A DNA stretch of 64,000 nucleotides from the NCBI GenBank assembly GCA_041601615.1, contig JBFIHX010000002.1:286840-350839 (forward strand). Direction: 5' to 3'. Shown here one piece after another: positions 9,629 through 19,867 of this stretch. The translations under genes and the position numbers were made by a program. The notes below the pieces were generated by a model. The model searched no databases, was not told the DNA's origin, and saw only the letters and a list, made by a program, of their open reading frames with translations. Within the stretch, counting starts at the first letter, position 1; each line of letters begins with the position of its first letter. The stretch comes from Thermoplasmatota archaeon (GTDB lineage Archaea > Thermoplasmatota > E2 > JACPAO01 > JAHFTW01).

Positions 9629-10120
9629 TCATTGGGGTGCTGATGAAAGCCCCACAAGCCCGTCGATTCGACTCTCAACACGAGGTTCCTCCAATACGAA
9701 TTGCTCGCGGCAAATTTTGAGGCTCTTGCGTTGTCCTGGCCAAATGTAGTGCTTCATCGCCTCTGGCGCCGGCACCCAGCGGTATTCCGTGTGCTCTTCA
9801 GAAAGCACCACCGAGGAGTCGGCGAACACCTCGGCGCAGAAGACGGGGCTGAGGATGATTTGGTCCGTGGCGGCGAGGTAGAATCGGTTGACGTAGCTTG
9901 CTTGCCAGAATGCGATGGGTCGCAGGCCGGTTTCTTCGCCGAGTTCTCGAAACGCGGTTTCGTAGGCGGTTTCTCCAGGCTCAATGTGCCCCTGGACCGG
10001 GCCCCAGGCGCCGCCGAGCATCGTGTGTGGTGCTCGTTTCATCACCAGCCATTCGTCGGCGCCTCCTTCGGTGCGCCGGAAGACGTGGCAGTCGGCGAAT
10101 CGACAGGTGATTTCGGGCAC
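9629..10120 (-). CDS. Nudix hydrolase (NudB-like)
   Basis: Nudix box GHIEPGETAYETAFRELGEETGL; LSEEHTEYRW. Confidence 0.88.
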   Translation of the reverse strand: MPEITCRFADCHVFRRTEGGADEWLVMKRAPHTMLGGAWGPVQGHIEPGETAYETAFRELGEETGLRPIAFWQASYVNRFYLAATDQIILSPVFCAEVFADSSVVLSEEHTEYRWVPAPEAMKHYIWPGQRKSLKICREQFVLEEPRVESRIDGLVGLSSAPQ

Positions 10121-10325
10121 GAGCGGCGGATGTGGGCGGGGCTTCTTTCCGCTTGCGCTCCCAGGGAAGCTTGGTTTGCGGCATCGCTTTGCTTATGCTA
10201 GCCGGGTTCGATGCGGCGGGGGGTCCACTGAACGGGAGCGGATCTTGGAGGCGCGAATCGCGGAACTCGAAGCGCCGGTCGAGGATTTGCAGCGTGAAGC
10301 CAATCTTGGGTGGAACACCGCGGGG

Positions 10326-10724
10326 ATGGGTTTGCTGTTGGCCCTTCTGGCGGACGTGGTTGCCCCGCGAGGCCGCAAGAAACAGGCCGACAAGAAACAC
10401 GAGGCGGAGCGTCAGTTCCAGGATTGGCTTGCGAGAATTTCGGTGGAGAGGCGCGAGGCGGTGCTACGGGACGTGCTGCAAATTTCGCCGGCGCCGGAGG
10501 GTTCGGGTTTGGATTTTGCGCTGGGCTTCCAAGAGCACCAAGAACTGCTTCGTTCCATGGTCGAGGGCAAGGCGTTGCGCCATGCGGTGCGCGCCGATGA
10601 CGGCCGGGAATTGCTGGCCGCAGCGGACATGGAACCCAACCACGTTTTCTTAGAATTCATCCGGGGTTTCCAGGCGTCCAACCAAGCGATGGTTGCGCGT
10701 TGTGCGACCCACTTGGAAGCTTAG
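10326..10724 (+). CDS. Hypothetical helical protein (start uncertain; frame is open further upstream)
   Basis: Protein-like composition; fills the gap between Nudix and the aldolase, stop overlaps the aldolase stop. Confidence 0.45.
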   Translation: MGLLLALLADVVAPRGRKKQADKKHEAERQFQDWLARISVERREAVLRDVLQISPAPEGSGLDFALGFQEHQELLRSMVEGKALRHAVRADDGRELLAAADMEPNHVFLEFIRGFQASNQAMVARCATHLEA

Positions 10725-11773
10725 GTGACAATCGGCATCTCGTCCAACAGCCCCGCAAGCCGAGTCACGGCTTCGTCGGCGTCGGCGCGGGTCACGTCCA
10801 TGTGGGTGACGAAGCGAGCGGTGTAGCCGTTGTCGCGTGGTAAAATGCCGACGCCCAGTTCTTCGGCGACCTTGCAGAACTCAGGGCCGTTGAGTCCGGT
10901 GGCGCGGGTGTCCACCATCACCATGTTGGTCTCGACGCTGGAGACATCCACGGCGAGGCCGGGGAGTTTGTCAATGCCGGCGGCGAGGTGGCGCGCGAGA
11001 TCATGGTCGGCGCTGAGGCGGGGCACGCCGTGCTCGAGGGCCCAGAGGCCGGCGGCGGCGAGGATGCCGGCTTGCCGCATGCCGCCTCCGAGGGCTTTGC
11101 GCACGCGGCGGCCTTCGTGGATGAATGCGTCCGTGCCGCAGAGGATGCTGCCGACGGGGGCGCCGAGTCCTTTGCTTAGGCAGGTCATCATGGAGTCTGC
11201 GCCGGCAAGGAGTTGCTTGGCGGAGGTGCCGAGGGCGGTGGCGGCGTTGAAGATGCGGGCGCTATCGACGTGGACGGCGGCGCCGTGTTCATGGGCGTGG
11301 TCGACGATGGCGCGGGTTTGTTGTTCGGTCCAGCAGCGTCCGCCGCTCCAGTTGTGGGTGTTTTCGATGGCCACGAGTTTGGTGCGGGCAAAGTGCGGAT
11401 CGTCGGGATACAGGTGCGGGGCCACGTGCTCGGGGCCGAAGACGCCGTCGGTGCCCTCTACGGTGCGCACGGTGGTTCCCGACAGCATGGCGGCAGCACC
11501 TCCTTCGTACAGTGCGATGTGGCTGTTGTTTTCGGCGACTACTTGCCCGGCGCGTTCGGTGTGCAGCCAGAGCGCGATTTGGTTGGCCATGGTGCCACTG
11601 GGCACGAACAGCGCGGCATCGAATCCAAGCAAGCTTGCGACTTCGGCTTCGAGGCGGTTGACGGTGGGGTCTTCGCCCATGACGTCGTCTCCGACTTCGG
11701 CTGCGGCCATTGCTTCACGCATGGCGTCGGTGGGGCGGGTCACGGTGTCGCTTCGAAAGTCCAGCAGGCGCAC
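10721..11773 (-). CDS. ltaE: Low-specificity L-threonine aldolase
   Basis: [60 protein letters not shown]. Confidence 0.93.
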   Translation of the reverse strand: MRLLDFRSDTVTRPTDAMREAMAAAEVGDDVMGEDPTVNRLEAEVASLLGFDAALFVPSGTMANQIALWLHTERAGQVVAENNSHIALYEGGAAAMLSGTTVRTVEGTDGVFGPEHVAPHLYPDDPHFARTKLVAIENTHNWSGGRCWTEQQTRAIVDHAHEHGAAVHVDSARIFNAATALGTSAKQLLAGADSMMTCLSKGLGAPVGSILCGTDAFIHEGRRVRKALGGGMRQAGILAAAGLWALEHGVPRLSADHDLARHLAAGIDKLPGLAVDVSSVETNMVMVDTRATGLNGPEFCKVAEELGVGILPRDNGYTARFVTHMDVTRADADEAVTRLAGLLDEMPIVT

Positions 11774-11824
11774 GACGCCGCGACGCACGGCGTGCCTTTC
11801 AAGCGTGCGGGGTGGTGTCGGCGC

Positions 11825-12280
11825 GTGACAGAAACCGGCGAAGCCATTCGTGTGCCTCCTCCGTTGCTGCCCTTGGCGGCCATCATTCTTGCCGGTGCAC
11901 TTCACTGGACCATGGATTTGCCTTCGCTTCCTTCCGGCTCTTGGGCTGCGGGCGGGGTCTTGGTGGTTCTTGGAGTGGCGTTGCTTGGCTGGGCCATCTT
12001 GGAGCAAGGCAAGGCTGGAACGAACCCCGACGTGCGTGCTCCGACGACGGCGCTGGTGACCGGCGGGCCGTACCGATTCAGTCGCAATCCGATCTACCTC
12101 GGCTTTCTCATTGCCCAAGCGGGCACCGGTTTCTGGAGCGGTTGGTGGTTGGCGGCGGTGTTCGTGCCGTTGACAGGCTGGGCTTTGACGCGGCTGGTCA
12201 TTCGACGCGAGGAGGCTTGGCTTTCGGCGCTGTTTCCCCATTACGCGGAGTACTGTGGGCGCGTTCGGCGCTGGTTATGA
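11825..12280 (+). CDS. Isoprenylcysteine carboxyl methyltransferase/PEMT-family membrane protein
   Basis: [35 protein letters not shown]. Confidence 0.85.
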   Translation: MTETGEAIRVPPPLLPLAAIILAGALHWTMDLPSLPSGSWAAGGVLVVLGVALLGWAILEQGKAGTNPDVRAPTTALVTGGPYRFSRNPIYLGFLIAQAGTGFWSGWWLAAVFVPLTGWALTRLVIRREEAWLSALFPHYAEYCGRVRRWL

Positions 12281-12448
12281 CTACGACGCCAGTTGCGCTG
12301 GGGGCCGTTCGAAGCCGGTCATGTCGTTGAGCCAGGCATGCAGGGACTGTTCGAGTTTCAGAAGGTCCCGGTGCGCGTCTAGGCAACCTTGGAGCACGTC
12401 TTTGGATTCCATGCCCATGAATCGGTCGAAGCGGGCCTTGAAACCCTG
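12278..12448. repeat. 171-bp direct repeat, copy 1
   Basis: Matches 15068-15238 with about 5 mismatches. Confidence 0.9.
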
Positions 12449-12699
12449 TGGTGTGGGGGGCTGCGTTTCTGGAGGTGAACGAAGAATGTCACACAGTATG
12501 GCACATTCGCGTGGATTGCTAGAGAGTCAAAAAAATTTTTAGTATGTAAAAACTTGCGATATGTTCCGGCCAATTATGCCAATCGTCGGTTAGTACGCAG
12601 AATACATCCACTAGGAATCTTTAATTATGGGGTAGTGTTGCCATTTGCATTCGGAGCTGCCCCACTGCAGTTGCCGAACCAACATGAAGGTGAAGAACA

Positions 12700-13635
12700 A
12701 TGAATTATGCGAAACTAGAGCAAAATAGATGCCAAACCATGGCTGTAGCCTCCTTATTGGCTATTTTAATCATGGCTCCCGCAGAAGCTAGCAATTATTT
12801 GGCTGGTGCGAATGAAGAATTTGAATTGTCAGCATGGGAAAATAATTGTTCGAATGAAGCATCTGGTGCAGTAATTAATGTGATTGCCTGCACTATGACA
12901 TTTAATGAAGGGTTTGAGTGGAGTTACTGCTTACCTGGAGAACAAAACACAGAAAATGACCTGGGGCATGGGGGTTGCATAGAGGCTAAAATCAGTTCAA
13001 CCCCCATATTGGGCGAGTTGAAAATTGCCTTTGGCGCCTTTGTTGGGCCTAACTGTTTTGGAAGGGCATACACTGGCGAACATGGTTATGTTTGCACAGG
13101 AATTTTTAGGAGCTACAACTATGTGTGTGTTGGTGAATATTCGGAACTTGTCGGCAATGCTCCGAAGTGCAATGGGGTAGGAACTGGCCCTATCGTCGAA
13201 CCACCGAGGATGGCGGCATCGCCGCTCAGTCCGTTTGTTGGTGGACTCGTTAGGGGCGCCGTGGATTTATCAGTTATTCCCGGAGTACCTGAATTTCCAG
13301 AGCTACCTGATCCAAAGCCGCTGATTGGTGGGCTGGTTTATGCTAAGGCGGGATACTCATCTGTTTGTCACTCAGATCATGGGCGGAACTGCGCCGTTAA
13401 CTTCGGAGGTTTTCATGGCACCTTCGCGAATTTGGGAACTGGCCAGGGCTACCTTCAGGCATTCTGCGGCACGGGATCAGGCGCGGACAGTTGCTCATTT
13501 GGAATTGGTGGGTCCTGCGAAACAAGCAAGCTTGTCATTATCCCGTGTGGGGGAAAGGGTTTCTCTACCGTACAGACTATTTCCAGCCTCGGCGGTGCCG
13601 CGGGTGGATCTACGTTCACAGGAAGCGAGTGTTGA
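12700..13635 (+). CDS. Cys-rich secreted protein (lower GC)
   Basis: Signal-like segment (MAVASLLAILIMAPAEA), ~16 Cys in two blocks separated by a Pro-rich linker; AT-richer codons. Confidence 0.65.
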   Translation: MNYAKLEQNRCQTMAVASLLAILIMAPAEASNYLAGANEEFELSAWENNCSNEASGAVINVIACTMTFNEGFEWSYCLPGEQNTENDLGHGGCIEAKISSTPILGELKIAFGAFVGPNCFGRAYTGEHGYVCTGIFRSYNYVCVGEYSELVGNAPKCNGVGTGPIVEPPRMAASPLSPFVGGLVRGAVDLSVIPGVPEFPELPDPKPLIGGLVYAKAGYSSVCHSDHGRNCAVNFGGFHGTFANLGTGQGYLQAFCGTGSGADSCSFGIGGSCETSKLVIIPCGGKGFSTVQTISSLGGAAGGSTFTGSEC

Positions 13636-13642
13636 GACGACG

Positions 13643-15022
13643 ATGTTTAGATTCGTTGTGATAATCACTTTAATCCCGCTTACCCTCACGGGTTGTCTGG
13701 GCAATTATGAATCCATGACGAGCTTTTCCCCTTTTTCCTTCGTTTATGAAGGCGAGGATGGTAGCCAAATCACGGGCGAAGTAACGGGCTTTGGCTATCG
13801 TTGGGATCCTTGGGCGCGGGAGCAGTATGTGCTCCTGGTGGGGTATACATACCACGCGCCATCGAATCAAGGAATATATCATTTTGAGGATGCGATTGAC
13901 CCTGCCACTGGTCTCATTGTAAGCCAAATTGCTTTTTGTGGCACAATTGGCCACGGTGAAAGCCAACAACCTTGCAATCGCGCTACATTCATTGGAAGTG
14001 CATTCGGGACTCCCGGGTTGTTTGGACTTGGCCCGGCCTGGGCGGGTTATGAGAGAGACATCATCGACGATGGCAAGGTATTCCGGATTCCCGGCGGTGA
14101 AACGGCGGCAACTTTTGATATTACGGCTGAAGGTGCTTGCCGGACCGTAACGCTTCGGGGTTTCGCCCCCTCCCTCACTGTACCATGGGTGCCAATAGGC
14201 CAAAAAATTGTTGACTGCGGGCAAGGGGTACCTGAGAGGTTCAAAACAAGCCATGACCCAGTTTTTGCCCCCCGGTCCTCGGGTGAACATATCCTATATC
14301 GACTCGTGGGGGTGGCTGGTTCTCTGCCCGCGCACCCTACAATTCCGGGAATCATTCCACCGCGCCCAAACTCTTCGTCTCTCCAGGAGCCTTACTACGT
14401 GTCGGGGTTGAATCCAGGCACCACATTTGGCCTGGAAGAAGCCCATCAGGCGGCCCTCAAACATAGCGCAAAGTACCATGATTTATTTAATAAATCAGGA
14501 GCGATGGTGCTTGAGTATGAGCATTTTTACGATTCATCTGCCTATTTAGTAAATAATATAAGCCGAACAGAGAGCCAAAGCGTTGTTATTTTGGCGGCGT
14601 CTGGGCAAGAAACGCTAGAAATTACAATAAAAAGATCCAACGAATCTGTTGTAAGCGTCGAACAAGTAACATACGGTATAAAAGAAGAAAAAGCAGGCAT
14701 GTTGCCTGAAGAAATTAAACACAGGCGAGAACAGGTTTCTTTCCCAGTTGGATTAGAAATGGTGCGCCAATTCCACAACCTCCCGGTTGTCTTCGAGGAT
14801 GTGGGCATGTTTCATCAAACTCCCGTGCTGGGAGAGTCTGTATGGTTAGCTACGGCGCCACGGCACTGGCGAACTTCGGGCTATGTCCTTGCATGGTACT
14901 TCTTTGACCCGCTAGGCGAAAACGCGGGTTTCATCCCCTATCATGCAACGGTCGATGGGGTGACAGGCGGCGTCGAATCTATTGACGTGCCCCTAGCTCA
15001 CAAAGCGGTGGCCCGTCAGTAG
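13643..15022 (+). CDS. Putative lipoprotein (lower GC)
   Basis: MFRFVVIITLIPLTLTGC lipobox; starts 7 nt after the upstream stop. Confidence 0.7.
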   Translation: MFRFVVIITLIPLTLTGCLGNYESMTSFSPFSFVYEGEDGSQITGEVTGFGYRWDPWAREQYVLLVGYTYHAPSNQGIYHFEDAIDPATGLIVSQIAFCGTIGHGESQQPCNRATFIGSAFGTPGLFGLGPAWAGYERDIIDDGKVFRIPGGETAATFDITAEGACRTVTLRGFAPSLTVPWVPIGQKIVDCGQGVPERFKTSHDPVFAPRSSGEHILYRLVGVAGSLPAHPTIPGIIPPRPNSSSLQEPYYVSGLNPGTTFGLEEAHQAALKHSAKYHDLFNKSGAMVLEYEHFYDSSAYLVNNISRTESQSVVILAASGQETLEITIKRSNESVVSVEQVTYGIKEEKAGMLPEEIKHRREQVSFPVGLEMVRQFHNLPVVFEDVGMFHQTPVLGESVWLATAPRHWRTSGYVLAWYFFDPLGENAGFIPYHATVDGVTGGVESIDVPLAHKAVARQ

Positions 15023-15067
15023 CACGGAATTTCACCAAGTTGGGGGTGGGGAATTGCCCACAGGTTT

Positions 15068-15238
15068 TGACTACGACGCCAATTGCGCTGGGGGCCGTTC
15101 GAAGCCGGTCATGTCGTTGAGCCAGGCATGCAGGGACTGTTCGAGTTTCAGAAGGTCCCGGTGCGCGTCTAGGCAACCTTGGAGCACATCTTTGGATTCC
15201 ATGCCTATGACTCGGTCGAAGCGGGCCTTGAACCCCTG
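15068..15238. repeat. 171-bp direct repeat, copy 2 (covers 3' part of small ORF 15071-15292 on -)
   Basis: Matches 12278-12448. Confidence 0.9.
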
Positions 15239-15337
15239 CGCCGTGGGGCCTGGAGGCCTTGGGGTTTGGGGAGAAGGACCTATGCGCCCCATGCTCCATG
15301 GAGGCCTGTGCGAGGCATGCGAGGAGGAGCCGGGACC

Positions 15338-16255
15338 ATGCTTCCACTGCTTGTCGCACTGGGCGCGGCGTTCTCGGGGTGCTTGCAGTCGACTTCATCT
15401 GTTGCGGAAGAACCGGGTGCGCCCGTCGCCTCCGCGCCACAATCCTGGACGCTCTACTTCGACGCAGACGGTCAACTTCTACCCGATCCGGCCGCTCCCG
15501 GTGGCGTGCTGTTGTCGTGGTCGCTGGCGCAATGGGCTCTTGGGACTCCGCCGCCCGCCTGGAGCTATCCACTCGGGCCCGAGGGCCTTGGAGTCCTTGA
15601 GGCCAACGCGGTCCTCACCTACCGCGCCCGTGACCCTGCGACCACCACCGCGATCCGAGACGATCTAACCATTTGGTGGGGCAGCTCGGACTCCACGGTC
15701 GCGCACACCTCCGTTCCTGGTCCAGTTGCGTACCTTCCCGGCGACACCGTGACCGTCGAAATGGCGCTGGAAATTCCCCGCAACGGGCTATGGCTAGGCC
15801 CGGGCGAGCAGATGCGGGCCCAAGTGGCAACCTACACCACCGATGGCCCAGAGCTTGATCGCATGGAGTTGGTCGTTGGAGGCGAAAACGGCAGCCGTCT
15901 GGAATTGGTGGCGGTTCCCTTTGCCGGCACACCCATGGCCCAAGTGGAAGCCAACCGATGGACCGGCTCCCACGGCGGCGACTGTACCAACGGCGCCAAG
16001 CAGTTCATCGAACACACCATCGAGGTCGGCGCGGCGCGAGAGTTTCAGCTCCGTGCCACGGGAACGGGGGTGCAAGACCTAGACTTGTACATCCTGCACA
16101 ACGATGAACGGGTCATGCGGGCCCACGATCCTGGCCCGAACGAAATTTTGCGCCTGCGTGAAGCCAACGTGGAAGGACTGGAAGGCGATTTGACACTGCA
16201 AGTGCTCGGAATCTGCGCCGGTCGCTTCGACTACACTCTCGTCGCCCTTGCCTAA
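15338..16255 (+). CDS. Lipoprotein with C-terminal PPC-like domain
   Basis: GGAGGAG then ATG, lipobox FSGC, QDLDLYIL...GPNE motif. Confidence 0.7.
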   Translation: MLPLLVALGAAFSGCLQSTSSVAEEPGAPVASAPQSWTLYFDADGQLLPDPAAPGGVLLSWSLAQWALGTPPPAWSYPLGPEGLGVLEANAVLTYRARDPATTTAIRDDLTIWWGSSDSTVAHTSVPGPVAYLPGDTVTVEMALEIPRNGLWLGPGEQMRAQVATYTTDGPELDRMELVVGGENGSRLELVAVPFAGTPMAQVEANRWTGSHGGDCTNGAKQFIEHTIEVGAAREFQLRATGTGVQDLDLYILHNDERVMRAHDPGPNEILRLREANVEGLEGDLTLQVLGICAGRFDYTLVALA

Positions 16256-16557
16256 GTTTCGTCGCGGTATTGCTCGTCTTCCCACGCGTCCAATTCTTGG
16301 TCCTTCCATGGGTCATAGGCGCCCTTCATGCGGTAGCTCCAGTACCCATACGTTCCCAGGCCCCAAATGCACATTCCTGCACCGCCCGCCGCAATGTACG
16401 AGCTGATGCTGCCGGCAAACAACATCGCCACACCCATCATCACGTACCACTTGGCATCGTCTCGGCGCTTCTTGTGCGCCTCGGCTTCTTCCATCGCGGC
16501 GGCAACACGAAGATCATGGGTGGGCCCCTCGACGCCGGGTGCGATCATCTTGGCCAC
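16252..16557 (-). CDS. Small 2-TM membrane protein
   Basis: Two hydrophobic segments, acidic tail. Confidence 0.55.
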   Translation of the reverse strand: MAKMIAPGVEGPTHDLRVAAAMEEAEAHKKRRDDAKWYVMMGVAMLFAGSISSYIAAGGAGMCIWGLGTYGYWSYRMKGAYDPWKDQELDAWEDEQYRDET

Positions 16558-16730
16558 AGAGGGTACGGGGCGGTCTCAGCACAAGAAGGATGCGGACCGG
16601 GTCACGATGGGGCGTACGCCGCCATAAATATTATTTAGTATCAGTATTTTCGGAGATTTGCTTATACATTTTGCTGTGTTTGGACCCAGTTCTGGGAGGA
16701 TGCTTCATATCCGCATCCCGTTGTCCCGCT

Positions 16731-17147
16731 ATGCCCGAACAGGTTGCCATTGTGGTCGCCAAGGCCGAGGTTCGCACCAAGGTCGTGATTCAAGCAACCC
16801 ACACCAATCCGATTCGCGTACGGGCCGGCACTCCCTTTGCCATTCGATTTGCGTACCGCATCTACGAAGAGTCCACCAAGGAAGATCAATGGGTCTTCCG
16901 ACTCGCTGGGGCGCTCGGTGACGGAGACGAGGCCATCAACGAGATGTGTCACAAGGACCGGCTCATGGTCCGAGACGACGTCTGGGCCCACCTGAGCCAA
17001 GACCACATGTGCCCAGCGCCCGGCGAATACCAACTCACATTCCAAGCCCACGCGACCCTCAAACGTCGCGACTGGGGCGACGCAGCCCCCCACAAGGCCG
17101 TCGACGACCAAAGTGTTGGCGGCACCATCCTCATTCAAGCGGAGTGA
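16731..17147 (+). CDS. Hypothetical beta-sandwich protein
   Basis: ATG 16731, PGEYQLTF Ig-like pattern; its 3' end carries GGAGTG, 2 nt before the next ATG. Confidence 0.55.
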   Translation: MPEQVAIVVAKAEVRTKVVIQATHTNPIRVRAGTPFAIRFAYRIYEESTKEDQWVFRLAGALGDGDEAINEMCHKDRLMVRDDVWAHLSQDHMCPAPGEYQLTFQAHATLKRRDWGDAAPHKAVDDQSVGGTILIQAE

Positions 17148-17149
17148 CC

Positions 17150-18118
17150 ATGAACCAAACTGCCCACCACCCCCGATCCCAAGCCGGCATCACCGGCACC
17201 ACCCCCCGCAATTTCTCCACCTGGACGGTCCTCGTCGTGGCAGCACTCATGCTCCTGGTCCCCGCCTCCGGCAGCCTCATCGAAAACTCCACGGGCGGAC
17301 TCGTCACCTACCAATTCGACGGCGACAGCTTCCACGACGCCGCGGACACCTGCGAGGATGCCATGAGCGAACATTTGCTCGCCCTCGGCCAACGAAGCGA
17401 AGGATGGCTCGTGCCCGGCGACGACGAAACCGACCACTTCCTCCTCGCCGTCGCCCCCGAAGACGTGGGCCAACGCCTACGCATTGACGTGGGTGTAGCC
17501 GAAGTTGGCACCGAACTGCTGTTTGATGCCTTCGCCCCAGGCTGCGCCGGCAGCGTACTTGCCGAAGAAAACCAACCCAAACCTGCCCCCGAGGACCCCG
17601 TGCCCGGAGCCGGCGAACAACTCGCCACCGCCAAGAACGTCGACGGCAACTACACCTGCTCCGACCGCTGGTTCCTCAACCTCAACCAAGTCGGCAAAGA
17701 CAACGAAGCCCCCGCCACCATTCACGTCACATGGACCGACGGCAGCCAAGCCGACGTGCCGCTGCAAAAATCGACCCCCGCCACCGCCGCCCACTACACC
17801 ACCACCGAACACCCCGACGTTACCGTGCACAGCGCCACCGTCGTCATGCCGGACTCCTGGACGGGCAAACTGATTCTCAGCGAAGGATTCTGCGACGCCA
17901 CCGACGGCGGTGCCGTGTACGGAGAGGACGCCCGCCGCATCGGCGACAACATCATCGAATTCACGCCCATCGTCTCCGGTCCCTTTGTGCTCGCCGTGCG
18001 CCTGGGTGAACTGCGCGACCCCTTGGCCCCCATGGCCGTCAACTGCCACTACTGCGTCGACGGACTCGAAGGCCCCTTGGACCCAGTGCTCTACAAACTC
18101 GGCAGCGCCTCCAGCTAG
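17150..18118 (+). CDS. Secreted acidic protein
   Basis: Hydrophobic signal, DDETDHF (PPC-like), acidic body. Confidence 0.65.
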   Translation: MNQTAHHPRSQAGITGTTPRNFSTWTVLVVAALMLLVPASGSLIENSTGGLVTYQFDGDSFHDAADTCEDAMSEHLLALGQRSEGWLVPGDDETDHFLLAVAPEDVGQRLRIDVGVAEVGTELLFDAFAPGCAGSVLAEENQPKPAPEDPVPGAGEQLATAKNVDGNYTCSDRWFLNLNQVGKDNEAPATIHVTWTDGSQADVPLQKSTPATAAHYTTTEHPDVTVHSATVVMPDSWTGKLILSEGFCDATDGGAVYGEDARRIGDNIIEFTPIVSGPFVLAVRLGELRDPLAPMAVNCHYCVDGLEGPLDPVLYKLGSASS

Positions 18119-18124
18119 GTCCCG

Positions 18125-19492
18125 ATGGCCTTGCTCGATCCTGCTCGGCTCATCCTGCTGGCCACGGGTGCAGCCACCGCACTCCTGTCCATTCTGCTGT
18201 TATGGCTGGACATCAACAAGCGCGCCAATCGAGCATTCGCAGCACTCCTAGCCCTGAAAGGCCTCTCCATTCTGCTGGTCCAAGTGCCCATCCTGTTTGG
18301 CGCCTCTTTGACCCTCTTTACCTTCCGCGTCCTGCCCTACGTCTTCATCCCCATCATCCCCGTCGCCCTCTACTTCGCCTCCGTATTTCCACGACAACGC
18401 GGACCCCTCGGGCGCCCCGGCGGCGGCTGGATCACCCTCATCCTCGTAATCGTCCTCGAAGGCGCCTACTTTGCCCGCCACTCCCTGTTTTGGATCGTTC
18501 AAGCAGGCACCCCAACCCACCCAGCTCTCGGCGCCGGAGCCGGCTACGCCATCACCAGCATGGGTCCCCTGTCGCTACTGCTGTGGGGCTCCTTTGCCGC
18601 CTTCGGTTTCCTCGCCCTGCTGTTTTTGCGCGACTACACCCGCGCCGCCGAGGGCGCCCAACGCTTCAGCCACTTTCTCGTCGGCGCCGGCTTCGCGCTC
18701 AACGCACTCTTTGACGGCTCCAGGCAAATTGCAGGCTTCACCTCCATCCTCGCCGACCTAGACAGCTACCCATTGGCGCCGTGGGGCTGGGGCGCTGCGT
18801 TCCTTCCAAGCCTCGCGCTCATACCAGCCACCGCTGCACTCGTTCTTGTCGCGGTCCACCGCATCGGCACCGTGCAAGAACGCCGCATCGAGACTCGGTT
18901 CTTCATCGCCAGTGCGCTTGCTGTGCTGACGGGGCTTGCGCCGTTTTTCTTGCCCGCCGAGAAGGGCTTCTTCAACGGCCCCGTCCTGATTGTCCTCTTG
19001 ACGCTCTGGCGCCTGGCATTGCCGGTGCTCGTCAGCTACGCCCTGCTTCGCTACGCGCTGTTCGACATTGACGTGCGCATCCAACGCACCATCCGCCGCG
19101 GCACTGTTGCCGCCATGTTCGGTGCTGTCTACTTCATCATCAGCGAAGGCGTCGAATCACTCGTCTCGAATGCCAGCGGCCCTTGGTTCGGGCTCGGAGC
19201 CGCCGCCCTCTTGACCATCGCCATCAAACCCGTGCAGGCAGCGGCCTCCAAAGTCGCCACCCGCGCCATGCCGGACGCAGTTCCTGCCCGCGCCATGACC
19301 GGCGACCGCATCGCTCTTTACACCCAACACTGCGCCATGGTGCTGGAGGACGGCGAGATGACCAACAAGGAACGAAGCTTACTGGATGCCCTCGCGGCAA
19401 CCTGGGGGCTCACCAAAGAACAGACCAAGGCTGTTGAATCCCAGGTCTGGCAACAAACCCGGCGAACGGGGCCCACGGCCGCTTCGGCTTGA
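18125..19492 (+). CDS. Multi-pass membrane protein (7TM sensor-like N-terminus, TerB-like C-terminal tail)
   Basis: ~10 TM; YALLRYALFDID motif; C-terminal LEDGEMTNKERSLLDALAATWGL. Confidence 0.65.
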   Translation: MALLDPARLILLATGAATALLSILLLWLDINKRANRAFAALLALKGLSILLVQVPILFGASLTLFTFRVLPYVFIPIIPVALYFASVFPRQRGPLGRPGGGWITLILVIVLEGAYFARHSLFWIVQAGTPTHPALGAGAGYAITSMGPLSLLLWGSFAAFGFLALLFLRDYTRAAEGAQRFSHFLVGAGFALNALFDGSRQIAGFTSILADLDSYPLAPWGWGAAFLPSLALIPATAALVLVAVHRIGTVQERRIETRFFIASALAVLTGLAPFFLPAEKGFFNGPVLIVLLTLWRLALPVLVSYALLRYALFDIDVRIQRTIRRGTVAAMFGAVYFIISEGVESLVSNASGPWFGLGAAALLTIAIKPVQAAASKVATRAMPDAVPARAMTGDRIALYTQHCAMVLEDGEMTNKERSLLDALAATWGLTKEQTKAVESQVWQQTRRTGPTAASA

Positions 19493-19618
19493 GGCGCTGC
19501 CCGCGTGGGAGTAGTGTTGCACGGGAAGGCTGGCGAGCAACCGGTCCCTCCGTTCGCGTTGCCTTGTAGGCACAAAATCCGTTCAAGGCGGGACAATGCG
19601 GGTGGACGAAACCCACCT

Positions 19619-19867
19619 GGCCACCCCGAAGGGCACAAAGGAATGAGGAAGGGAACGGGAGGGGGAGGGGGAAGAGATTGGTTCCAAGCTGCTTAGAGCA
19701 GCAGGCCACCGACCGAGGCAATCGACCTTCAAAAAGTTCGACCATTTTGGGCGGCGCTCGCTGCGCTCGGCCACCCCGAAGGGCACAAAGGAATGAGGAA
19801 GGGAGGGGGAAGGGGAAGAGATTGGTTCCAAGCTGCTTAGAGCAGCAGGCCACCGACCGAGGCAATC
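19619..19867. repeat. ~100-bp direct repeat (19619-19723 / 19769-19867) duplicating the hppA 3' end and its pyrimidine-rich trailer
   Basis: Near-identical copies separated by a 45-bp spacer. Confidence 0.88.
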
